Assembly: GCF_001194135.2 (NCBI RefSeq)
Contig: NC_068996.1
Coordinates: 33,496,202-33,536,398 of the forward strand
DNA from: Octopus bimaculoides
Lineage: Eukaryota
Direction: 5' to 3'
DNA length: 40,197 nt
A model generated the notes under the pieces. The model did no database searches. It saw only the letters and a list, made by a program, of their open reading frames with translations, and was not told the origin of the DNA. Positions 10,698 through 22,241 of this stretch are shown here, piece after piece (position 1 is the stretch's first letter; each line of letters opens with the position of its first letter). The position numbers and the translations under genes were made by a program.

Positions 10698-11123
10698 ATG
10701 TCAAGCTATATGTATATGTGTGAGTGTATGTATGTGTAGATGTTGGTGTTTGTATATGTGTATGCTTGTAATCAAACACTCCCTATGTAAGCAAGAAATA
10801 AGCTCTAAGTTATTAGTTTTGAAAACTGCTTTCAAGCAAAAAACACAATCAGAGTCACTTTTTAGTAAACATCTAGTTATTAAAGTGAAAAATTATCAGA
10901 AAAGCCTTTTCTGTTAATTTTTTCAAATACACATACATATACATAAATTTCAGGTAATACTCTATCTGATGATATAAGATAATGGCCACATAGGATTAAT
11001 CTCAGGTCGACTTCCTGCCTAAACTCCAACTTGATTTGCAACTAAAAATGCAAGGATATTATAAATGGTCAAAAGAGGATTGACCATAGACAGTGTTTCA
11101 ATCGAGCTAATACAGGTTTAATA

Positions 11124-11337
11124 TTGGGTTGTCCAGAAAGTTTGTGCCGATTTATAGTAGCTTACCTTTCGACTTATTTCCCATTAAACCACCTTAATTC
11201 TGGGAAGTTAAAGGAAAGATGGAGACACATTGTGCAACAAAATGGTTCATATTTGGATGATTAAAAATGTAATGGCAAGTATTTATTGACCTTTTTCTTT
11301 CCTTTAAAAATTGGCACGAACTTTCCGGACAACCCAA
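11124..11337 (+). mobile_element. Mariner-derived MITE (internal deletion derivative)
   Basis: TIRs ttgggttgtccagaaagtttgtgccgattt / aaattggcacgaactttccggacaacccaa with TA on both sides. Interior encodes a mariner C-terminus, KLKERWRHIVQQNGSYLDD*. Confidence 0.85.
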
Positions 11338-11874
11338 TAGAATAATGATACAGGCAGGCAAACAACTAACATCAGGCTGGATTATGACATATATATATAT
11401 TCATACTTTTTGAGGGTAGAACTGAGTGTTTACGGGAGTTTAAGTCACAAGAGATCAATAAAAGATTGGTTGAGGAATGTTCATAATTGCTGTGATATAT
11501 GCTGGAATTCTCCTGGTAAACCCATATTATTGTCATTAGATTGTAGGCTAAAGCAGGTTATCATAGGTAGAATCCAAAGCTGGGTAACAAGAAGGAAGTA
11601 GATATGCAGTCATTTCCTTAACAGCTGTTTCCAAGAATAGAAGCAAGGTTGGTACAATTCCCTGCAAGTGGTTCACTGCCAGCATTTTAGTGGCAATTCA
11701 TTCCATTTTCAGAGGAAAAGTAAATTAGGACTTTGGTGGAAATAAAGACGCATTAGTAGTGGGAGATATAACAGAAGTCAACCTAAAATGAAGAAAGGCA
11801 AAATATTTAAGGTCTTAATATGAGTAAGATAGATAACATTGAGGATGAGAGGCAGATCTATAAAGGTCTTGATT

Positions 11875-11975
11875 AGAGGAAGATATGGAGAAAGACATGG
11901 AGAAAGATATGGAAGATATGGAGAAAGACATGGAGAAAGATATGGAAAGAGATGGAGAAAAATATGGAAGGAAGA
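11875..11975. repeat. Purine-rich tandem repeat (ggagaaagaYat / ggaagatat units)
   Basis: Direct reading. It explains the YGERH-repeat ORF at 11839-12033. Confidence 0.85.
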
Positions 11976-12790
11976 TACAAAGTGGCAACATGTGATGGAA
12001 ACAAAGTGCAGAATTGCAGCAGTGAAGGTGTGAGTAAACTAAATTATCAGTTAGCTAGACTAGTAAGAGATAGGTAGTGTGTATTTGAAAGACAATGTTT
12101 CAGAACTGTTCCAGGAGAACACTAGCATATATCATAACTACTATGAAGATTCCTCAACCAATTTTTTTTATTGATCTTGTGATTATAACCCCTGTATCAT
12201 TCAACTCTACCCTCAAGTTGTATCAACATATAAATATATAAATGTGATACAAATAAGATGATATTTTTTCCAACAGTAATTCTGTGTTTGAAAAAATATC
12301 ACCTTATTTGTATTGTACGATGCACATTTCAATGCTTATAAAAAAAACAGATGTTAGTCATTTTATTCTATTTTTACAAATATTTAAAATTTTATTTTCA
12401 TTCGCACAAATGTTTTACTTCACAACATTTTCCACTTCACAAAACCTTTCTATAACCTTTTGAACTTTTTAAAAAATACTATAACATTAAAAAAAAAATA
12501 TAACATTACTCGATATGACTTCAAGTTCTGTAAGTAGGAGATATTTTAAATTTCTCAATTTTCAAACTATTTTAATTGATTTATTTGTACCTCTGATGAG
12601 AGAAATGCGACTATTTGTATTGGTTGGAAAACTTGCCCAATACAAACGCTTTCTTCAAAACAATTGTAAGGTTTTGTAATACTGCTTTTCTTAGGATTGT
12701 AATATTGGAGCATTTGAAACCTAAGATTTCGATGAATGTTTTATGCATTTTGTATTCCCACGAAAAAGGAACTGGACCTATGAAAATATG

Positions 12791-13240
12791 NNNNNNNNNN
12801 NNNNNNNNNNNNNNNNNNNNNNNNNNNNNNNNNNNNNNNNNNNNNNNNNNNNNNNNNNNNNNNNNNNNNNNNNNNNNNNNNNNNNNNNNNNNNNNNNNNN
12901 NNNNNNNNNNNNNNNNNNNNNNNNNNNNNNNNNNNNNNNNNNNNNNNNNNNNNNNNNNNNNNNNNNNNNNNNNNNNNNNNNNNNNNNNNNNNNNNNNNNN
13001 NNNNNNNNNNNNNNNNNNNNNNNNNNNNNNNNNNNNNNNNNNNNNNNNNNNNNNNNNNNNNNNNNNNNNNNNNNNNNNNNNNNNNNNNNNNNNNNNNNNN
13101 NNNNNNNNNNNNNNNNNNNNNNNNNNNNNNNNNNNNNNNNNNNNNNNNNNNNNNNNNNNNNNNNNNNNNNNNNNNNNNNNNNNNNNNNNNNNNNNNNNNN
13201 NNNNNNNNNNNNNNNNNNNNNNNNNNNNNNNNNNNNNNNN
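12791..13240. other. Assembly gap (N run). Other gaps: 15996-16273, 23263-23519, 29251-29415, 30483-30903, 39690-39917
   Basis: N characters. Confidence 1.
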
Positions 13241-13280
13241 TATATACTTGGGTATGTATGATTGTGTATAGAAGAATATA

Positions 13281-14585
13281 TTACTCAAAGAAATTCCAAC
13301 TTCGATTTTCACGTTTTATTTACAATCCTATAATAATATAATATAATATAATGAAATGATAGAATATTTAATGTCCATTCTGATTGAACTAGAACTTTCA
13401 TGCATTAAACTATGCAATTTTCAGGTTTATGTAGTAGAAGTGACAGTTATGTTTTACAATTTAAAATTGTAGTGAGATAGCTAAACTGTGTGCCTTAAAT
13501 ACATTTGTATAGGCTCCAGAATGTTAATTTTTGTAAACTCTATTCTGACTAATCAGTGTGTAGTTTTACTAAATTACTTAAGTTGATTGGTGTTTGGTTT
13601 AGGAGTCACAATTTGTTGAACATGTCAAGAGACCTGATTTTGACCCTGGTCAAAGTAGCAATTGCTGGGCTATTTTTAGAAATGTTGTAAACATTTTTAC
13701 ATATCAATTATCATCTCCTTTATTATTGTTGTTATTGTTGGTGGTGGTGGTGGTAGAAGTAGCTGTGGTAATAGAACTTTAAACCCCAAAAATAAGATTA
13801 TCTTTATTGACCTTTCTCTTGACTTAGCTAGTATTTTCCTTAAGTATTGTTGTTGTTGTTGTTAGTGGTCATAGCAGTAGAAATAGTACCTCTAAGTATT
13901 AGTATTATTGTTTATTGAGCTTGGGTTGGAATTTATTAATAAAGTTCTTTTCTCTGATTTTTCTCTCATATCTCAATTTCTCTGATTTTTCTCTCAAGAG
14001 AAAGGTCAGTAAAAATAATCTTATTTTTGGGGTTTTATTACTCAGCTACTCCTGCCACCACCTACAACAACGACAACAATAATAAAGGAGATGATAATGG
14101 TGATGATGATAATTGATATGTAAAAATTCCTGGGAAATGTTGTTTACAACATTTCTAAAAATAGCCCAACTGCTTTGGCCAAGGTCAAAATAGCCCAACT
14201 GCTTTGGCCAAGGTCAAAATATAGGTTTCTTGACATGTTCAACAAACCATGACACCTAAACCAAGCAACTTAAGTAATTTAGAAAAAAAACCACACACTG
14301 ATTGGTCAGAATGTAGTTTGCAAAATTTAACATTCTGAAGCCTATTTAAATGTATTTAAGGCACACAGTTTAGCCATCTCACTACAGTTGTAAATTGTAA
14401 AACATAACTGTCATTTCTACTACATAAACCTGAAGATCATATAGTTTAATGCATGAAAGTACTAGTTCAATCAGAATGGAATTTAATATTCTATCATTCC
14501 ATTATATTATATTATCTTATAGAGTATATTTTTATAAGATTGTAAATAAAACATGAAAATCAAAGTTGGAATCTCTTTGAGATAA
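13281..14585. repeat. 1.3-kb inverted repeat (fold-back element)
   Basis: Left arm ~13281-13821 matches the reverse complement of the right arm ~13995-14585. Example: cattaaactatgcaattttcaggtttatgtagtagaagtgacagttatgttttacaa versus ttgtaaaacataactgtcatttctactacataaacctgaagatcatatagtttaatg. Spacer ~170 bp. Confidence 0.9.
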
Positions 14586-16689
14586 TGTTTGACTCCTTGT
14601 AACCATTGTGTAATCTTACTATTGGATCGGTACCACATTATAAATGCAAGAATATTGTATAGATCCCTACGCCATTTTAAGAAAACCTTCGACTGTTATA
14701 TGCATAGTTTTTCTTTTTCTTGTTTTACTTTATTCTATTCTATTTGTATTTATTTTAAAACGCTTTGTAAACAGATTTAACCGTTTTTATGGATGGTTCG
14801 ATATATGGAATTCTATTATGCATGTATTTTTACCTAATTTTAACTGTTATACACCCAGCAATTTCTTAAAAAGTTGTCTACAAATATATGCTGAGACCTA
14901 AAAGTTTTTTTATATGGACGTCTGTATTGTAACAATACTTACGTATTCGTATGTGTGCGTCTATGCTTACATATAGAGCCTAGGTTTACACTTGTGCACA
15001 TACAGTTATGATTTTGTGTGTGTGCATTTTTGTGTATGCATGGGTAAGAGTGTATGCTTATATTTATTTACACATACATGCTTTTATTCGCGTGTGTGCA
15101 TCTGTTATATATGGGATTGTGCGCTCAGGTTTACGCTCACACATACTTGAATGTGTGCATACGCATGTATACGGTTATGTTTGTGAGTATTTGCGTATAT
15201 ATCCCCATATATATCTGTATACATGATGCTAATGTACATTTTCGTATACACATATATACGCAATCCAATTTTGTGTACGTTCGTTATATACGCTACACTC
15301 ACTTCTTGCTTGCTTTCCTCCTTTCTCTCTTTCTTTCTCTATTTCTTTCTTCCCTTCTTCCTTTCTGTCTTTCTTTCTTTCTTCCTTTCCTTCCTCACGA
15401 TAGCCACACTTTTTCTCTTTCTATATTAGTAACGTCCTTATCGATATGTTACCCTCCCCTCTACTTCATAGGTTAAGATACAATTTTTGTTACCAACGTA
15501 TATTTTTCGTGCAAATATATACCTATATACGTAGATTGTCTGTATGTATGCATCTGTGTATTTTGATGTATATATATATGTTGTAGATAGTCTAGTATGT
15601 GTTTATACTGTTGTAATTTTATTTATAATGCAGCGCATATTTTATTTTATTTTATTTTAATGTAAATTCGAATATAATTAATTATTTACAATATGTATTT
15701 TGAGCCCATTTTTCTATTTATGGTTTTCTTTGATTTTTTTAAAAATAGGATGAATCTATATTAAATTCATTTGTTTTGTTCATTGTGCACCCATGACCGT
15801 CATTTGAAACGACCAATCAAACAGATCTATGTGTTTCAAATTTTATATTACTTTTGATTGCATTGTCATTCCTTTTCCATTTCTAACAAAACTGTCCGAT
15901 GAACGGGGACGTGAATCTTAGAGTAACAGTCTTTTGTTATATTTCTGCTGCTTTTAAATAAAGAAATTACTCTACCTCTGGTATTTGAGTACTCTNNNNN
16001 NNNNNNNNNNNNNNNNNNNNNNNNNNNNNNNNNNNNNNNNNNNNNNNNNNNNNNNNNNNNNNNNNNNNNNNNNNNNNNNNNNNNNNNNNNNNNNNNNNNN
16101 NNNNNNNNNNNNNNNNNNNNNNNNNNNNNNNNNNNNNNNNNNNNNNNNNNNNNNNNNNNNNNNNNNNNNNNNNNNNNNNNNNNNNNNNNNNNNNNNNNNN
16201 NNNNNNNNNNNNNNNNNNNNNNNNNNNNNNNNNNNNNNNNNNNNNNNNNNNNNNNNNNNNNNNNNNNNNNNNNNCGGGTAAAAGTGGAGGTTTTACCCAA
16301 AATTTGTGTAACAATTAGAAAATGGAGGATAATATGCTGAACCCAACTACTTGCAGACGGTGTATCCCGTTGAATTCATTAGTTTAATTCATAGCAAAAG
16401 TGACAAAAAAAAGGAAGAAAAGAAAAAGAAAGAAAGAACCAAAGCACAGGTGTCCATGGCAGACTATGTTATTTTGCCAACATGGTTTACATATAGAAGT
16501 ACAAAGTACATAAGGAATTAGAGGATGAACAGAAGTTTAATCTTACAGCTGTTACGGCCTAGTTTTGGCAGACCCCATTCTATCCGAATATTCCTTTCCG
16601 GAGTGATTATCGGATGACATTTTGAAATGGGGTTACATGCCCGAACATACATACATACAGACAGACAGACACACATATACACATACATA

Positions 16690-17950
16690 TATACACAAGG
16701 TGATCAAGTTAAATTTGACAGTTTGCAAAAAAGGAAAAGAAAACAATATTCCATCCGAAAATATAAATATATTAAAAAATCAAAATGTATCAATTAGATT
16801 ATAGCTGGGAGATAAGAGTTTACTTAAGTAGCGACCCTCAAGAGAACTCCAGAACCTGGCACATGCATTCCTCATTGTGTCCCTGGGAAGATCTTTGAAT
16901 ACCTTCTTCATCTTGGCCACTATCTCAGCCTTCATGCTGCAGGCAGAATCGTTGGTACCTTTCTCAACCATGTCCCCCGCACAGTAATCTATAAGATTAC
17001 AATTGGAGGAATTAGGAGACCAGTAGTTGGGGCTAGTGGAATTGTAGAAATTCTCCAACAACCACCTCTGGCTCTCTCTGGAGGTATGGTAAGGAGTTGA
17101 ATCCTGCTGCAACAACTGTCTCCAGCCAGGGTTTGACCACAGTCTTCAGCACCTTCACACACTGTCTGCATTGAGCCTAACGCTTCATAGCACAGATGTG
17201 GTACAGCATGACATCATCTTCACTGAAGACACACCCAAAGACCACCACAGATTAGGGGGAACATAGTTTTCATGATAGGTGGGATATGGATTGTAGGTAA
17301 ACTACTTGACGTTCCAGATATTATGCAACTAGTCCTAGTAGAATTTCTTTTCATCTGAGAAGTATCAGGTCATCTCCAGCTCAACAGCATGCCTCAGCTT
17401 GTTTAGGAGCTTCTTTGTCTTCATCAAGTATTTCTTCTTGACCTTGGCTGTCAGAATTTGTCCCTTGAACCTCTTGTACAAGTGGTTCTCATTCAGAACC
17501 AGCTTCATAGTGATGACACCAACATCCATCTCTCTTGCCAAAGCTTAAAAGATTTTCTTGATTGGATCTTCTATCATCTTGTCCTGCAGTTGGATGAATT
17601 CCAGTGTGCAGATATAGTCAGAATGCTTGCAGTGTCTCTTCCTGCTGGTCAAGGCTTTGTAGTCTCCACTGCAACTATCCATGCCATGTTACAGCCTTTG
17701 TAGTATTCCCAGAGCACAGAGCATCAATCATGATGTTGTCTTTTTGATACCTAGTGTGAATCATCATGATACAGATAACTCTTTTCCAGCACTCAGATGA
17801 CTTCCAGTCTGTCATGTCAGCTAACTTTTTCTCAACTACAACTTTAATCTTTATGCTCTCCAGTGCTATTGTTTACCAATACATCAAGCTGTTCCTGAAA
17901 AAAAAAGGAAACATAAACATCGTCAATTTAGCCCAAATGGCCTATATACA
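16690..17950 (-). mobile_element. Decayed Tc1/mariner element, maT/DD37D-like (Bmmar1-like)
   Basis: YFSDEKKF, VVVFGCVFSEDDVM, QQDSTPYHTSRESQRWLLENF...WSPNSSNCNLIDY...RNACARF. Termini approximate; TIRs not clearly resolved. Confidence 0.82.
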
Positions 17951-17966
17951 GCAACAACAGTTAAAG

Positions 17967-18584
17967 TGAGGAAAAGAGAAATTCAAATTGATGTTACGAA
18001 TGTTTCAGTAAACAAACATTTTATATTCTGTACCACATATATTAATATGTGATAAATAAATATATCTAACATGCCATAAAATAAAATAAAATTATAATTA
18101 TCATTTACCTTGTCAGACATCATTATTTGACACAAGCAACTTAAAAGATAAATATGCAATGGAATATAGATTTGTAATACCTCATAAACATGTTAACTTC
18201 ATTCAAACAGATGAGATATAGATGAGTGAATTCCTAAGCATTTGAAATGTCAAAAGGATATATGTTAACTGACCAATTGAAAATAAAAAAAATAAAATTC
18301 ATATGGATCTTTTTAAAAATCAAAACATATACAAAGTCTTTCTTATGACACATCAAATTAACCTCTCTAAACAGGAAATAGTAAAATGTCCTTTAGTTTC
18401 CACTATATACATCTATATATAAATAGACACACTTATGTTATCATGTATATGCACACAAATAGTTTCTCACATTCTTTACAAACATTTACCTTTGATATCA
18501 TAGGTACAATAGTGTATAAATATATATAAATATGTAGACAAACACAAACTAAAATATACATGTGTGAATATATGTAAAATCATA
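17967..18584. repeat. Copy 1 of a ~620-bp local direct duplication (copy 2 at 22242-22867)
   Basis: Collinear alignment by eye along the whole length, offset ~4.26 kb. Confidence 0.92.
18109..18139 (-). other. Candidate 31-nt micro-exon, copy 1
   Basis: Minus strand: ...tctatattccattgcatatttatcttttaag|TTGCTTGTGTCAAATAATGATGTCTGACAAG|gtaaatga. Pyrimidine-rich acceptor and AG|GTAAAT donor. Confidence 0.45.
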
Positions 18585-18626
18585 TAAAAGCATACAGTTA
18601 CCGCAAATATCTATATTTAAGCATAT

Positions 18627-19060
18627 CATCATCATCGTTTAACGTTCGCCTTCCATGCTAGCATGGGTTGGACGATTTGACTGAGGACTGGTGAAACCGG
18701 ATGGCAACACCAGGCTCCAATCTAATTTGGCAGAGTTTCTACAGCTGGATGCCCTTCCTAACGCCAACCACTCAGAGAGTGTAGTGGGTGCTTTTACGTG
18801 TCACCCGCACGAAAACGGCCACGCTCGAAATGGTGTCTTTTATGTGCCACCCGCACAAGAGCCAGTCCAGGGGCACCGGCAACGATCTCGCTCGAAAAAC
18901 CTCATGTGTCACTCGCACAAGAGCCAGTCCATGGGCACTGGCAAGGATCTCGCACGAAAGATATCATGTGTCGCCCGCACATGAGCCAGTCCAGGGGCAC
19001 TGGCAACGATCCCGCTCGAAAGATTTCATGTGTCGCCCGCACATGAGCCAGTCCGGGGGC
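18627..19060 (-). mobile_element. RTE-tail element with internal 62-bp tandem repeats
   Basis: (CAT)n tail and conserved 3' block. 62-bp units start at 18842, 18904, 18966 and 19028. Confidence 0.85.
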
Positions 19061-19251
19061 ACACACACACACACACATACACACACACACACACTCAGTT
19101 ACTCACTCATGAAGAGTTTCCCTTTATAATCAATCTATTGGAGTTTAATTGATGTTTATTCAGTTAACTGAATACTATGTTAACCAGTTTCTAACAGGGA
19201 TTATAATTATCTCCTCAAATTTTATATTCATATATATATATATTATGTAGT

Positions 19252-19641
19252 GTGGAGGCGCAATGGCCCAGTAGTTAGGGCAGCGGACTCATGGTCATAG
19301 GATTGCGGTTTCGATTCCTAGACCGGCATTGTGAGTGTTTATTGAGCGAAAACACCTAAAGCTCCACGAGGCTCCGACATGGGATGGTGGTGAACCCTGC
19401 TGTATTCTTTCTCCACAACTTTCTCTCACTCTTACTTTCTGTTTCTGTTGTGCCTGTAATTCAAAGGGTCAACCTTGTCATACTCTGTGTCACGCTGAAT
19501 ATCCCTGAGAACTACGTTAAGGGTACATGTGTCTGTGGAGTGCTCAACCACTGCACGTTAATTTCACAAGCAGGCTGTTCCGTTAATCGGATCAACTGGA
19601 ATCCTTGACGTCGTAAGCGACGGAGTGCCAACAAAAAAAAA
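19252..19641 (+). mobile_element. Full-length tRNA-derived SINE (second family) with poly(A) tail and 12-bp TSD
   Basis: A box tggcccagtagttagg, B box ggtttcgattcc, A-rich tail. TSD ATATTATGTAGT at 19240-19251 and 19642-19653. Confidence 0.92.
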
Positions 19642-19805
19642 ATATTATGTAGTCATTGGTTATGTCTGGCTAGAAAGTTACCATTGGTTTCACATCTATA
19701 GACAAATCATCAGACCTGCTGGCTGGAGGCACATAATCTTTACTAATGGTTGTAAGAATACAGTATTGGTTAGCAAAGTTGTGAAAAAGAAAAACCCCGA
19801 AATGA

Positions 19806-20410
19806 AATTCTTCAAAGCAAAAACTCCTTCTGGGTGAGATTCAAGTTTTATCTAAAAATGATCAGTTTATGTACAATTTCCATTCAATAGTTAGGAAATG
19901 GGTAAATCCATATCTCCAACAAGAATTTTCTTTCATGAGGGCACCAACTAAAAACTTCACTTTTGGAATTTAAGAGAACCTTCAGATCAAGGATTTTATT
20001 AAGATCTTTGCCCTGTTGAGGTATAATGGTCCAGGCTGTTCATAGAGCTTCCATTTAAACCTGCATGGCATTCCCTCTACTTTAAATGCTGTATATTTGG
20101 CCAATTATATATGGTATCTAAAAGAAGGGGAAATGCCATACACGATTAAATAGAAGCTCTTGGAACAGCTCGGACCATACTTCAATGGGAGAAGACAATA
20201 CAAACTTTGCTTGGTCAAGAGGGTATGGATCCTAAAAAATTCGCCTGATCCAGGGACCGTCTTGAATTTGAAAAATGAAGTGTTTAGTTGATGCCCTCGT
20301 GTCCTCATGAGAGAAAATGTATATAAACTGCCCCTTTTCTGACAAAATTGGAACAGTTTTAAGGGAGATAACTCCATCTCACCCAGAAGGTATTTTTGCT
20401 TTGAAGAATT
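19806..20410. repeat. Spacer-less diverged palindrome centred on TTGG|CCAA (20100/20101)
   Basis: Arms align across ~300 bp. Example: aattcttcaaagcaaaaactccttctgggtgagat (19806) versus atctcacccagaaggtatttttgctttgaagaatt (to 20410). Confidence 0.85.
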
Positions 20411-20878
20411 GACGGCAAAGTGGCCAAGTTCCTCTCGAACATTGGGCCTGATGGAGTCAAAGTGGTTGAGTTCTTTTTGAGTGTTGAGCCTCGTGGAGGT
20501 GAGGTGGCTGATTTCCTTTCGAGTGTTAGGCCTCATAGAGACAATGACCAAGACCTTTGGCATTATGTCATGCTTGAGAAGAAGATCCATCAAACCAAGC
20601 AAAATTGCAGTCCTAGCAGATACCAATGTCATGCAAATTAGCACCCATGTCGGTGGCACATAAACACACTCGGTGTCACACAAATGGCATCTGTGCCAGT
20701 GGCATATAAAAGCACCCATTACACTTTTGGAGTGGTTGGCATTAGGAAGGGCATCCAGCCATAGAAAACCATGACAAATCAGACTGGAGTCTGGTTCAGC
20801 CTTTCAGCGTGCCAGCCCTGGTCAAACCATCCAACCCATGCAAGCTTGGACAACAAACATTGAATGATGATGATGATG
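20411..20878 (+). mobile_element. RTE-tail element with (GAT)n tail
   Basis: gttggcattaggaagggcatccagc...aacccatgcaagc...tgatgatgatgatg. Confidence 0.78.
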
Positions 20879-21179
20879 TATACATATGTATATGCATTCA
20901 ATCACATCTGCATAAATACGTGTGTATGTGTGTGTGTGTGTGAGTGTGTGTGTGCGTGCATGCATGTATGAAAATGTGTATTCAATTATTTATTTAACAC
21001 TTGTTTTCCTGTGCCAGCTTGGAGTAGATACAATGGTTTGGAGCAGGATTTTATAGACATTGTGTTGGATTGAGACTCTATCCATAAGATCCTGCTCCAA
21101 AGCATTTCTGTCATATATATATATATGAGTGTTTGTGTTTTGTGTGCATGTGTATATATCTTCTATCTTTTATTAGTTA

Positions 21180-21790
21180 TTGTAGTGTGGCTATGGTGTG
21201 GCACCACCTTGAAAGCTTTATTCTTGTCAAATGAATCAATCCCAGTAATGGTTTTTTATAGCCTGGTATTCATTTTATCAGTCTCTTTTTGCCAAACGGC
21301 TGTCTTACAGGGATGCAAACAACTCAACACTGATTGCCAAGCAGTGATGGGGAACAAATACAAACACAAAATGCACACACATAAAAATATATACATGCAG
21401 TAATCCCTCGCCATATCACCATTCACCAATTGTGGTTCACTTATCGTGGTTTATTATTTAAGCATATGTTGATTCCTTTGTGGTGTTGTTTTGCATTTAT
21501 AATAAAATAGATATATACAAATAATAAAAATAATGAAATATATATAGTACAATACTGTTTCTACTTTGTGGATTTTCACCTATCGTGGGGGTTTTGGAAT
21601 GTAACGCTCGCAATAGTCAATGAATTACTGTATATATAACAGGCTTCTTTCAGTGTCTGTCTAACAAATCCACTTGCAAGGCTGTCGCTAGCCTGGGGCT
21701 AAAGTTGAAAATAATTGCCCAAGGTACCATGCAGTGGGACACAATCCAAAACCATGTAGTTGGGAAGCAAATTTCTCACCACACAGCTAC
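21180..21790 (-). mobile_element. tRNA-derived SINE (10262 family) split by a MITE insertion
   Basis: 3' domain at ~21180-21380 and head at ~21640-21790 match the two halves of 10262-10697. Confidence 0.72.
21398..21630. mobile_element. Tigger/pogo-like MITE
   Basis: Imperfect TIRs cagtaatccctcgcc / caatgaattactg, right end followed by TA. The right end reverse complement (cagtaattcattgactattgcgagcgttacattccaaaacccccacgatagg) resembles Tigger ends. Confidence 0.65.
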
Positions 21791-22241
21791 AGTATTTAAG
21801 AGCACAGTTGATAATAACTTGTTAAGCTCCAGTATGTTATTATACAGAAGTTAATCCAGGTGGAGCCAACCAACAGGTATGTACATAATCAGGTAAAATG
21901 AACTTATCAAGCAATATATTTTGAATAAAAGTAGAAAAGAGTTAATTTCATACAGTTCAACTAAATTGTACTCAATAGCTGTTTCATTAGCATACATATG
22001 TGCTACAGATGTGAACATACACATAATTTGAAGGAATAATTGTAGATCCAAGCTTTCACCTTGTTAGCATTTCATGTAAGAAACTGGTTAACATAGTTTT
22101 CAGTTAACTGAATAAACATCAGTTAAACTCCAATAGATTATAAAGGGAAGCACTTTGCAAATCTGAAGTATAGTCAAACAGGCATAAGATATGCTTTGCA
22201 GAGTGTAATAATAATTAAGATGAGTACAATAATAATTAAGA

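Noticed and set aside
11839-12033. YGERH-repeat protein
   Set aside because: Translation of a purine-rich tandem repeat, no ATG-supported gene context.
12614-12646. Short hairpins (tttgtattgg/ccaatacaaa here; 21037-21101; ~207-224) as terminators or regulatory RNAs
   Set aside because: Short stems are expected in repeat-rich AT DNA, and intrinsic terminators are not relevant in this eukaryotic context.
12611-13312. Long ORFs spanning N runs (also 15866-16314, 23194-23589, 29198-29446, 30281-30998, 39595-40137)
   Set aside because: Artefacts of translating gaps as X.
14590-15995. Classification of the AT-rich and microsatellite-rich block as a specific transposon
   Set aside because: Probably repeat-derived, but no TIR, TSD or protein motif could be supported by eye.
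18842-19060. CRISPR-like array (also the 55-bp repeats at 28710)
   Set aside because: Contiguous tandem units without unique spacers, eukaryotic context, no cas genes.
20105-20719. 204-aa ORF, or the long near-open plus frame at ~19810-20410, as a gene or endogenous viral element
   Set aside because: No recognisable domain. It crosses from an RTE-tail repeat into the palindrome, and the strand-to-strand peptide similarity is explained by DNA symmetry.
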